DNA of 64,000 bases from an uncultured Phycisphaerales bacterium (lineage in GTDB: Bacteria; Planctomycetota; Phycisphaerae; Tepidisphaerales; Tepidisphaeraceae), in contig CAVWLP010000002.1 in assembly GCA_963755915.1 (NCBI GenBank), forward strand, positions 4,320,001 to 4,384,000, read 5' to 3'. A program made the translations under genes and the position numbers. Each line of letters starts with the position of its first letter. The stretch's first letter is position 1. The notes under the pieces were generated by a model, which made no database searches, was not told the DNA's origin, and saw nothing but the letters and a program-made list of their open reading frames with translations. Below are positions 41,486-50,955 of the stretch, in pieces.

Positions 41486-42128
41486 CGATTTGCCGAACGA
41501 TCCGCTGATGGACCGGCTTCACCGCGAGGCGCTGGCGGAGCGCCCGCCGTTTTCGGAGGAATTGCATTCGCGAATTATGCGAAACGCGAAAGAGAGGGAT
41601 CGAGCTGATTTTCTTGGCGTCTTGGCGGTTATAACGACTTTTAACCGCCAAGACGCCAAGGGCCCCAAGAAACAAGAAGTGACAAACCGGGACGCAGCTA
41701 GTTTTAAACTAGCTGCGTCCCCGTTTCTCAGGATTGCGGCGGTTTTGGTGGTGGCGGTGGGGTTGATTGCGACTTGGGAAATTCATTTGCGGCGAGGGAC
41801 TGGGCAGGATCTGGTTGTGATCGAGCGGGCACCGAAGGTGCAGCGGGAACAGCGGCCGATTGCGATATTCAGTCCCATTGACATTAGCGGCGTCGTCTCG
41901 GCGCGGCTGTTTCCGCCTGAACTTCGGATTCAGCTGCCGACGATTGCGGGGGCGAAATTGCCGGAATCGCAGAACTTTGAAGCTCAATCCGGCTCGGTTT
42001 TCGAATCCCTGGATGCTCCTGCGGATAGTGCGACGCAAACGATCGCGGATATGGTGCCCCCCAGCCTTCGCGCCATGGTGAAATTGGCTCAGTCAGCCAC
42101 TTTCGCCGATACCCAAGTCGCGAAATAA
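41472..42128 (+). CDS. Putative single-pass anti-sigma factor
   Basis: Overlaps the sigma stop; RPPFSEELHSRIM, then TM helix LRIAAVLVVAVGLIATW. Confidence 0.65.
   Translation: MSGNDDLPNDPLMDRLHREALAERPPFSEELHSRIMRNAKERDRADFLGVLAVITTFNRQDAKGPKKQEVTNRDAASFKLAASPFLRIAAVLVVAVGLIATWEIHLRRGTGQDLVVIERAPKVQREQRPIAIFSPIDISGVVSARLFPPELRIQLPTIAGAKLPESQNFEAQSGSVFESLDAPADSATQTIADMVPPSLRAMVKLAQSATFADTQVAK
41613..41721. repeat. Two perfect palindromes inside the anti-sigma CDS
   Basis: cttggcgtcttggcggtta-N10-taaccgccaagacgccaag (19 bp) and gggacgcagctagttt-t-aaactagctgcgtccc (16 bp). Confidence 0.85.
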
Positions 42129-42135
42129 TGGGGCG

Positions 42136-44353
42136 ATGACCCAGACGCAGTTGATGGAGCAGGCGAACCAGATGCACCAGGCCGGACGGCTTGCCGAGGC
42201 GGAGGGATTCTGCCGGCGGGTTCTGGAGCGGTCGCCGAAGAATCCGGCGGCGCTTCGGCTCCTCAAAAAGCTCTCCCCGGAGATTGGCAAGGTGGATGAG
42301 GCGGAGCGTTTGCTGCGGGCCGTGATTGCAGCCAATCCGAAGCAGCCGGCCTATCACGTCAATCTTGGCGATGTCCTGGCCGGGCGCGGGGAGATGAATG
42401 AGGCCCTCGCATCTTATTGCCGGGCCCTGGCGCTGGATCCGAAATCGTCCCAGGCGCTCTATCGCCTCGGCCGCACGCTCAACTGCGCCGAGCCGTTGAC
42501 GAGCGGCGCGCTGGGGGCGTATCAGCAGGCGATCGATTCCGGAACGGATGTGGCCGAGGCGTTTAATCTGCTCGCAAATTGTCTTGTTGCGATGGGACTC
42601 AACGAGCAGTCGCTGGCGGCCTATGCCGAGGCAATCAAGCTGCGGCCCCATGATCCGGTTTATCATTACAACACCGGCATCCCCCTGAAATCCCTGGGGC
42701 GATGGGACGATTCCATGGCCGCCTATCGAAAGGCCCTGGAACTACAGCCGGATTATCCCGAAGCGCTGAATAATCTGGGGATTCTCCTAACTGAGCGCAA
42801 TCGGCTCGATGAATCGGTCGAAATATTGAAGAAAGCCGTCTCGATTCGTCCCGACTTTGCCGCGGCGTACCAGAACCTGGGGAATTCGCTGAAAGACCTC
42901 GGCCGCACCGATGAAGCGCGCGACGCACTGCAGCGCGCGATCGAGATCCAGCCCGACTTTCCGCTGGCGCTGAACGCCCTGGGGATCGTTCACCTGATGA
43001 CGGGAAACGTCGCCAAAGCGATCGAAAACTATCGTCGAGCGCTGGAGTTTGACCCCACCAGCGCGATGATCCACAGCAATCTCCTCTTCGCGATGAGCTT
43101 TTCGCCCGATTGCGACGCAAGGGCGATTCTGGCCGAGGCAAGAATATTTTACGAGCGCCAAGGAATGCCCCTGAAGCATCTCGCGCGGCCGCACCGCAAC
43201 GAGCGCGATCCGAATCGCCGCCTTCGCATCGGCTATGTCTCGCCCGATCTTGGGCAGCACGTGGTTGGATATAACCTGCTTCCGCTCCTGCGCTGCCATT
43301 CACCCCAGCAGGTGGAGGTATTCTGTTACAGCAGCCTGACCCGACCCGACGCGACCACGGCAGAGCTGCGCTCGCGGGCCCATCATTGGCGCGAGGTCGC
43401 CCTTATCGGCGACGAGCAGCTTGCCGACCAGATTCGCGAAGACGCGATTGATATCCTCGTCGATCTGTCCCTCTTCACCGCCGGAAATCGGCTGCGGACC
43501 TTTTCAATCGTGCCGGCGCCGGTGCAGATCACCTATCTCGGCTACTGCGGAACCAGCGGCGTCGAGGGGATGCACTACCGCTTTTCCGATCCCTATCTCG
43601 ATCCCCCCGGCGAAGATTTAAGCTGCTATAGCGAGGAGACGATCCGCCTACCCGAAACCTACTGGTGTTACGGTCCGGGCGGCGAAGCGCCGAAAGTTTC
43701 GCATCTCCCTGCCGGAGAGCGCGGCAATATCACCTTCGGCTGCATGAACCAGTTTCCCAAGGACTCACCGGCGGCGAGGGAATTGTGGTGGCAGATTCTC
43801 AATCGCATGCCGGGCTCGCGGATGATCATTCATTCGCCGCCGGGCAATCATTTGAACGCCATTCGCGAAGAAATCGCCCGGCATGGAATCGACGAAGATC
43901 GCGTCGAATTCATCGGCCGCCAGTCGTGGGACCAGTACATGCGAACGTCATATCGCATCGACATCGCCCTCGATCCCTTCCCCTATAACGGCGGAATCAC
44001 CACCTGCGACTTGATGTGGATGGGCGTGCCGATCATCACTCTCTCGGGCCGAACGGCCGTTGGGCGGGGGCCGCAGTCTTCTTTCCAATATCGGCCTGCG
44101 AGAGCTCGTCGCCTACAGCCCGGAGCAATATGTGCAAATCGCCGTTGAATTGGCCGCCGATCGCGCCCGGCTCTCAGAAATCCGCGCCGGCCTGCGCGAG
44201 CGGATGCAGGCTTCCCCCCTCATGGACGCACCCCGATTTGCCCGCAATGTCGAGGCGGCGTATCGCCAGACCTGGGTCCGATGGTGCAATGGGAAATCAA
44301 GCAAGAATCCCAGGCCCAAACCTTCAGCCGCGAACCAGCTTGGCAAGAAGTGA
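42136..44353 (+). CDS. TPR-containing SPINDLY/OGT-like glycosyltransferase (GT41); frameshift near 44068
   Basis: Multiple TPRs; LRIGYVSPDL, IDILVDL, APVQITYLGY, DIALDPFPYNGGITT, then GRSLLSNIGL...ASPLMD. Confidence 0.9.
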
Positions 44354-45544
44354 CAGACCCCGCTCCGGCTGCGCGACATAGGGGTTGGATTTGTCCCAGA
44401 CATAACCCGCCAGCACCGAGCAGATTTGCCGCATCACCGTCAGATCCTTATCGCCCGAGAAAAAGATTTCCCCTAGCGTGCCGTCGTACCACGCATTTAC
44501 ATAGGCGCGAAACGTGTTGATTCCCTGCGTGAGGTAATCCGCGTAATCCGTCTGCCAGTTGACCGCCTCCCCGTGCAGTTCGCGGATGATGGTCTGCGCC
44601 GCCCGCGTTCCCGATTCCATGGCCAGGGTCGCCCCGGAGCTGAATACCGGGTCCAGAAATTCGGTCGCGTTTCCCGCCAGCGCGAAACGCGGGCCGAATA
44701 TTTTCTTGATCGAGCACGAAAACCCCGCGATCCGCCGCGGCGGAAAGGTGAATTCCATCCCGCTCAGCCGCGCGGCCGCGTTAGGATCGCTCATCACGAT
44801 CGAGCGCAACTGCGCCGATGGCTCGGCTGGGAACTTCCGATAGAACTCCGACTCCGCCACCACCCCCACGCTGGTCTTGCCGTTGGAAAACGGGATGATC
44901 CATATCCACGCCCCCTGCGAATGCACGCACACCCAGATTTTCCCCTCATCCCCCCCGCCAGGCCGGCGATCGCCGGTCACGTGCGTAAAGAGCGATTCAC
45001 GAAAAGCCTGCGTGGAAGGTTTCTCCAGGTCGAGCAGCTTGGGAAGCACCCGGCCATATCCACTGCAATCCAGCACGAATTTCGCGGTGACGGTGCGCAG
45101 CGATTTGTCCGGCTGCTCGATGGTGATTTCCGCATGGGAATCGTGAAATTTCACCGCGGTGACGCCATGGTTAAAAAGGAATTCCACGCCCCGCGCGGCA
45201 ACGGTGTCAGCCAACGTCTTATCGAAATCAGCCCGGGGAACCTGAAACGCGTAGCTCCAGCCATTGGTGGACTGCTGCGAAAAATCAAAATCGCACGTCT
45301 CATCGCCGCGGTAGAACGTCGCTCCGTTTTTCCGCATGAATTTCTGCTTCTCGACGGCTTCGAGAAGGTCGGCATCGCGCATCAAATCCATCATCCGCGG
45401 CAGCAAACTCTCGCCGATCACAAAGCGCGGGAAAACCTGCTTTTCAACCACAAGCTGCCGGACGCCGGCGCGATGCAGGTGAGAAGCGGCCGTCGAGCCG
45501 GCCGGGCCTGCGCCGATCACCAAAACATCAACGTCGCATTGCAT
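44324..45544 (-). CDS. NAD(P)/FAD-dependent oxidoreductase, flavin halogenase-like
   Basis: GAGPAG, FPRFVIGESLLP, WIWIIPF (WxWxIP), GNATEFLDPVFSSG. Confidence 0.82.
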   Translation of the reverse strand: MQCDVDVLVIGAGPAGSTAASHLHRAGVRQLVVEKQVFPRFVIGESLLPRMMDLMRDADLLEAVEKQKFMRKNGATFYRGDETCDFDFSQQSTNGWSYAFQVPRADFDKTLADTVAARGVEFLFNHGVTAVKFHDSHAEITIEQPDKSLRTVTAKFVLDCSGYGRVLPKLLDLEKPSTQAFRESLFTHVTGDRRPGGGDEGKIWVCVHSQGAWIWIIPFSNGKTSVGVVAESEFYRKFPAEPSAQLRSIVMSDPNAAARLSGMEFTFPPRRIAGFSCSIKKIFGPRFALAGNATEFLDPVFSSGATLAMESGTRAAQTIIRELHGEAVNWQTDYADYLTQGINTFRAYVNAWYDGTLGEIFFSGDKDLTVMRQICSVLAGYVWDKSNPYVAQPERGLSLLAKLVRG

Positions 45545-45638
45545 TTCGAAATCTCCTCAGGCCGATGTGGCGAATGCGCGGCATTGTCGCCGTGGCCGGT
45601 GAGATTACAAGTGACCGAATGCACCCAGCGCCGCGCAT

Positions 45639-45668
45639 AAAAAAACCCACGGCATAACCGTGGGCTTT
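45639..45668 (-). terminator. Rho-independent terminator after the APC permease
   Basis: Minus strand cccacgg-ttatg-ccgtggg followed by T7. Confidence 0.8.
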
Positions 45669-45696
45669 AGAGGCACTATTAGTTTCCGGACCTTCT

Positions 45697-47700
45697 TCAG
45701 GCGCCAACCGCTTCCGGCGGCTTGGTCACCATCATCGTCCGGCCCAGCTTCTTACTTCGCATCATGAAGTAGATCGCGCCGTAGATGCCCCAGATTGCAC
45801 AGAAACCAAGTGCAATGAACGGCTCTTTGGGGCTCATGCCCGGCACGCTCAGTGGACCCACCAGGTAGAAGATCATGCAACCCAGGTTAGCGATCAATCC
45901 GAAACCTGGAATCAGCAGATGCTTGATGGGGTTGTGCAGTTGGTGCTCGTGGAAGGCCACCATCGCCACGATACAGCTCATCATGTAGAGCAGGAACGTC
46001 CCGAAGTTGCTGATCAGCACGATGATCAGCAGGCTGCACGGAATCTTCTGGGCAGTGGCGTAGCTGAAGACGCCCTTGTACCAGAGGCTGTGCTGCTGGG
46101 CGGTGTTGAGATTGGTATCCAGCGACGCGCTGGCGGAAGGACCGCAGAGGTAGAACAGCACGCCGAAGATGCCGACCACGACGGAGATCGTCGCCAGCGT
46201 CCAGATGCAGCGGTGTGGGGTGTTGTTCTTGCCGTGGAGGAGGCCGAAGTGGTTCGGCACTTCCTCATCGCGGCCCATGGCGTAAGTCACCCGAGCGCCC
46301 GTGTTGATGCACGAGAGCGTCGTACCGATCAGCGCCAGGAAGACCGTGATGGCTTCGACAAACATGAACCACCAGCCGGCCCTTGCCGAGCCCCAGAGCC
46401 AGGCGCCGGCAAGCTGCATCATGTCACCAATTGGAGCCGGTGAACCGGCGGCCGTCTGGTTCGTGTACAGCGAGCTTTGGAAGTAGTTGGCGGCGAAATA
46501 TTCAAACAAGTAGCAGAAACCGCCCTGAATCAGCAGCGACGCCACGATGGCGATCGGGATGTGCTTCTTGGGGTTCTTGGCTTCCTCACCCATCGAGGAG
46601 ACCGATTCGAAACCGACGAGGCACAGGATCGCGATACAGCCCTGGATTAGAATGTACTGGCCGCTGTGCCAGTGGATCACCGACTTGGCGCTGTCGTGAT
46701 AATTAAACTGCCAGACACCCTTGGAATCCTGCACCATGCCGCCCTGGTAGCTGATGGTCACTTTTTCAGGCAGCGCCTGGGCAGCCCCGGCCGGAAGGGC
46801 CGCGAGCTTGCCGTTGGCATCCGTCGCCACGACGATCGGGTTGCCCGAGCTGTCGTTCATGGGATTGCCCTTGGCGTCGATGGCCTCGTAGACCCAGATG
46901 GGGGTGCCACTGGAGTCGGCCTTGGGGCTGGTGGCGCCGCTGGGATCGGGAATCTGCTTGGTGGGATCATTGGGGAACTTGGGGTCCTGGATCATGTTGG
47001 GCGTGGTATCCTGCACAAATTGCGTGGGAGTGCCCGTGGAATCCAGCGTCCAGTCGACATCCCCCTCTTTCACGTGAACGCGATGGGCGATCGCCATGAT
47101 CGAGAAGATGAGCAGTGCAGTGATCTGAATGATGTTGATGGCGACGTTGACGCCGGTTGCGCCCGCGACGCCGCGGTAGGCGATATACGACACGCCGTAG
47201 GAGAAAATCACGCAGAACAGGATCATCAGCAGGGGGCTTCCCTCAAAGACGCTGAAGGTGCTGGGGAAGAGCTGCCCGGCCATGTAGCCTATGAATATGG
47301 CGGTCACCGCCACCATCACGCCGGGATAGATCCAGTAGTAAAGGTGGCTTGCCCAACCGACCATGAACTTATAAATGCGTGCCCAGCGGAAGGCCTGCTT
47401 CTTGGAGAGGAAGGCCTGCTCGGCAAAGAAGTAGCTCGAGCCGGCGCCGGGATAGAGCTTTGAGAGCTCAGCGTATGAGATCGCCGTTGCCAGGCAGAGG
47501 ATAGTTGCGAGCAACATACCCATCCACATGGCCGAGCCGGCAGATGGAGCGCCGTAACCCGACTGCTCGGTAAAGGTCAGCCACAAAAATGCACCCGGCG
47601 CGATCAGCGCCATGGCATTACTAGTGAGCCCGGTCAGACCCAGGGTGGCCTTCATTTGGCCGCCCGAGGCTCCTCCAGAACTAGTGGTATCTGTAGACAC
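45697..47700 (-). CDS. APC-superfamily (amino acid/polyamine/organocation) permease with a large inserted loop
   Basis: MALIAPGAF, SYAELSKLYPGAGSSY, LVGFESVSSMGEEAKNPKKHIP, ARVTYAMGRD; GTG start with AAGGAG RBS. Confidence 0.88.
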   Translation of the reverse strand: MSTDTTSSGGASGGQMKATLGLTGLTSNAMALIAPGAFLWLTFTEQSGYGAPSAGSAMWMGMLLATILCLATAISYAELSKLYPGAGSSYFFAEQAFLSKKQAFRWARIYKFMVGWASHLYYWIYPGVMVAVTAIFIGYMAGQLFPSTFSVFEGSPLLMILFCVIFSYGVSYIAYRGVAGATGVNVAINIIQITALLIFSIMAIAHRVHVKEGDVDWTLDSTGTPTQFVQDTTPNMIQDPKFPNDPTKQIPDPSGATSPKADSSGTPIWVYEAIDAKGNPMNDSSGNPIVVATDANGKLAALPAGAAQALPEKVTISYQGGMVQDSKGVWQFNYHDSAKSVIHWHSGQYILIQGCIAILCLVGFESVSSMGEEAKNPKKHIPIAIVASLLIQGGFCYLFEYFAANYFQSSLYTNQTAAGSPAPIGDMMQLAGAWLWGSARAGWWFMFVEAITVFLALIGTTLSCINTGARVTYAMGRDEEVPNHFGLLHGKNNTPHRCIWTLATISVVVGIFGVLFYLCGPSASASLDTNLNTAQQHSLWYKGVFSYATAQKIPCSLLIIVLISNFGTFLLYMMSCIVAMVAFHEHQLHNPIKHLLIPGFGLIANLGCMIFYLVGPLSVPGMSPKEPFIALGFCAIWGIYGAIYFMMRSKKLGRTMMVTKPPEAVGA

Positions 47701-47843
47701 AGAGTCTCTCCTTTCACCCGGCCGATGGACCGGAGGCAAATGGGATGCAGCAGAGCGCCCGTACTGAGTTCGCGATAAAGTCCGCGTGAACGCGGCAGCG
47801 CAACGGTTGGTTCAAGCGCTGCGGTTCGAGCGCTGAATGCCTA

Positions 47844-47859
47844 AACAAAGGCAATGCCA
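47844..47859 (-). promoter_or_regulatory. Sigma54-like -24/-12 promoter for the APC permease
   Basis: Minus strand TGGCAT-TGCCT-TTGTT against consensus TGGCAC-N5-TTGC; -12 is GT rather than GC. Confidence 0.5.
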
Positions 47860-48553
47860 TTTGCGCGGCGCTGCACGCGCAATTTCAAAATGCTCTAAAT
47901 GGAGTGCACCGCGCGTCCACATTGCTTAGCTGGTGAGACAGAAAAGATTTTCGTGCGCGTTCTGCACGCAGTGTTGCAAAATGCGCGGTGTAAAGGTGTG
48001 GGTGCTGCAATCAAATCGCCGAACGAATTTGCCTCGCTATGGACCATTTAATCCATAAAGGCCGACACTTCCGGCGATAGGCCGTAGCAACCAAATCCAT
48101 ACGCAAACCAGACAAGTTTTTTGTCCGGATGTTGGACGCCTTCCACGAACGAAAACCGGTTTCTGCTTATTTTATATACATGTTTGCCCACATATTAAGC
48201 CATCAAAATTAAAAAACTGACTTTGCGCAAACACCCATAAAAACAGGAGTAATGACAAGCGGGGGAATATCAGCCTGCTCAAATTCGGGCAAAAAGCGGA
48301 GGCCGTATGATCATTCGCCCGTTTTGCGGCACCTGTCCGTTTCCCAGGCCTTGAGTGAGAGTTTTTGAGAGGTTCTGGGATCGAGAGGACGTGGCAGTAT
48401 GCCAATCATCCAGCACACCTAACCCTTTGATGCACAAAGTGCTTTACAATAGGAAGAATCGAGTCGGGAGAGTTTTTTCTCCTCACCGCGCTGCAGATTT
48501 GAATATACTTACTGCCTGGTATTCGATTTGCAATATCGAATCAGCACGAGAAA

Positions 48554-49966
48554 ATGGCGGGGGACCTGCTAAATAATCCCATGCTTCAGATACGCACAGA
48601 ATTCCGCCCCCTACGAATCTTGGTCGTCGACGACGAGGAAAACATCCGCTTCATGATGCGCATGTGCCTGGAGATCGAAGGGCACAAAGTCGCCGCGGCC
48701 TCCACGATCGACGAGGCCCTCGAACATACTGCCCGCGAGGCCTTTGACCTGATCTTTCTCGACGTTCGCCTCGGCAGCAACGTCAACGGCCTCGACTACA
48801 TCAAGATCCTCATGGACGAGAACCCCTGGGTACGCATTATTGTGATCACCGCCTATGCATCTATACAGAGCGCCGTCGAGGCGATGAAGCGCGGCGCCAG
48901 CGACTATCTCCCGAAACCCTTCGAACCGACCCAGGTCAGGCTCCTCACTCAGAAGGTCGCCGAGCGGCGGATGCTCGAACGCAAAGTCGAGGCGCTCCAG
49001 AAAGCCCTTGGCTCCATGGACGTCGAAACCGATTTGTCCTCCGCCTCCCCCATCTGGCGGGAATCGATCGAATTTGCCCGCCGCATCGCCACCGCCAATT
49101 CCTCTGTCCTGATTCGCGGTGAATCGGGAACCGGTAAATCCTGGCTCGCCCGCGCCATTCACGAATGGAGCAACCGCGCCGACGGGCCTTTCACCTCGAT
49201 CTCATTCGACGGAAAAACCGTCGACGCCATCGAAGCCGAATTGTTCGGCTCCGGCTCGCAGGTCGGGGCGATCGCCCTCTGTCACGGCGGCACCCTGCTG
49301 CTTAAGGAGATCAGCAACCTGCCCATGCGCCTCCAGCCGCAGATTCTTTCCGTGATCCGCGACAAGGAATTCGAAAAGCAGGATCAGTTCGTCCGCCGCC
49401 CCGCCGACGTGCGCATTATCTCCACCACCGGCGTCGATCTCGCCGCCGCCGTCAGCATCGGGCGCTTCCGCGAAGATCTCCTCATGGCCCTCAGCGTTTC
49501 CCAGATCAACACCCCCGCCCTGCGCGAGCGCAAGGAGGACATTCTTCCCCTGGCCGAACGATATCTGGCCACCTACAGCCGCGAGCATCACAAACCCATC
49601 GCCGGTTTCTCGCGCGACGCGGCTTACCTTCTGAAGAGCCACAAGTGGCCCGGCAATTGCCGGGAGCTGCGCAATATCGTCGAACGCGCCGTGCTGGCGT
49701 GCGATGCGGATTATGTGGGGCTCGACCATCTCCCGGTCGATCTGAAAAATTCCGTCGCCGCCACGCCCGAAACGCCCTTTGGCGGCTATCGCATCGGCGA
49801 CCTCGTTCCCCTCGACGTCATCGAGGAAGCCCACATCCAAAAGGTCCTCGCTTCCGCGAAGACGATCCGCCGCGCGGCCGCCGTCCTCGGCCTCAACGCC
49901 AGCGCCCTGTGCAGGCGGCTTAAGCGAAATAAAGAGGTATCCGAGAATCAGAACCTGGCGGGATGA
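48554..49966 (+). CDS. NtrC/AlgB-like response regulator (REC-AAA+-HTH) with degenerate sigma54-activation motifs
   Basis: VVDDEE...LDVRLG...PKPF; GESGTGK; WPGNCRELRN. GAFTGA absent; Walker B reads LLLKE. Confidence 0.85.
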   Translation: MAGDLLNNPMLQIRTEFRPLRILVVDDEENIRFMMRMCLEIEGHKVAAASTIDEALEHTAREAFDLIFLDVRLGSNVNGLDYIKILMDENPWVRIIVITAYASIQSAVEAMKRGASDYLPKPFEPTQVRLLTQKVAERRMLERKVEALQKALGSMDVETDLSSASPIWRESIEFARRIATANSSVLIRGESGTGKSWLARAIHEWSNRADGPFTSISFDGKTVDAIEAELFGSGSQVGAIALCHGGTLLLKEISNLPMRLQPQILSVIRDKEFEKQDQFVRRPADVRIISTTGVDLAAAVSIGRFREDLLMALSVSQINTPALRERKEDILPLAERYLATYSREHHKPIAGFSRDAAYLLKSHKWPGNCRELRNIVERAVLACDADYVGLDHLPVDLKNSVAATPETPFGGYRIGDLVPLDVIEEAHIQKVLASAKTIRRAAAVLGLNASALCRRLKRNKEVSENQNLAG

Positions 49967-49969
49967 CGA

Positions 49970-50699
49970 TCAGCGATTGGCAATCCACTGCAACACCGCG
50001 AAAACAGCCAGATTCAAAATAAAAATCGTGATGACGAAGTACCAGGTATCGCTCTCGTCAAGATCGAACAGCGCCCCAATCAGCGCGAAATAAAGCACGA
50101 ATTCGATCCCCAGCAAAAGCACCCATCCGAAGCAGATAACGTGAGCCAGCGGTTCCAGGAGCGTCACCAGAGCCCCGGGCGCGACCGATATCGCCGCCAG
50201 CCGCAGGGCGGCGCTTCCGAACGACCCGATATCGATATGCCGAAGCTTCGCGGCAATCATCACTCCTACGAGCATGAGCATCGTCCCGGCGATCAGGCCC
50301 ACGCCGATGTCGATCATCGCCCCCTGAAGATTGCCCGCGTGCCGGAAATATTCCGAAACGAATTCAATGACCAGTCCCCCGCCCAGCAGCCATAGCGGCG
50401 CGTAATATTTCTTCAGAAGGTCTGGATCGACGCCTCGGTCCTGCGCCCGGGATCAGCAGTTTGGGCGTCTGGTAAGCCAGCGTTGGCGCCGGGGGAATTG
50501 CGGTATCCGTCGGCACCGGCTTCGGCTTCGCCGCCGCCGGTCCATCCTCGGCGAGATCATACAACCCATCTTCCGCCGCCTGATTCTCCGGACACTTCAT
50601 CACCTGTCCGCAAGGGCAACGCACCTGCTTCCCGGCCAGTTCCGCTTTCCAACGGAACTGCTTTCCGCACGCCTGGCAATTGAAGAACTCAAGACCCGT
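49970..50699 (-). CDS. Membrane protein with N-terminal CxxC...CxC zinc finger; frameshift near 50450
   Basis: FNCQACGKQFRWKAELAGKQVRCPCG, a Pro-rich linker, then several TM helices; start apparently ACG. Confidence 0.65.
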
Positions 50700-50955
50700 A
50701 ATGACTCCTTAATGTTAAGACCGATTATCGGCGGCGATGAGCCCGCTGCAATTATGTAAAACCACGCCCCTTCTAAGCGCCAATCTTTACCAACAGCTTA
50801 AATCCCCCACGACATGAATCGCGGGAACGACCGCCACCAACCCATTGGATTGGCAGCAAAACCCAAACGGGACCCCGAAACGGCGAACAATCTTCGCAAT
50901 TTTTATTTATATCCGCAGGGTCTCGCCGATGGTTCAAACGGAGGATACATCGCAA

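Noticed and set aside
47701-47840. c-di-AMP (ydaO) riboswitch before the APC permease
   Set aside because: The gctgaat fragment is on the wrong strand and the other conserved elements are absent.
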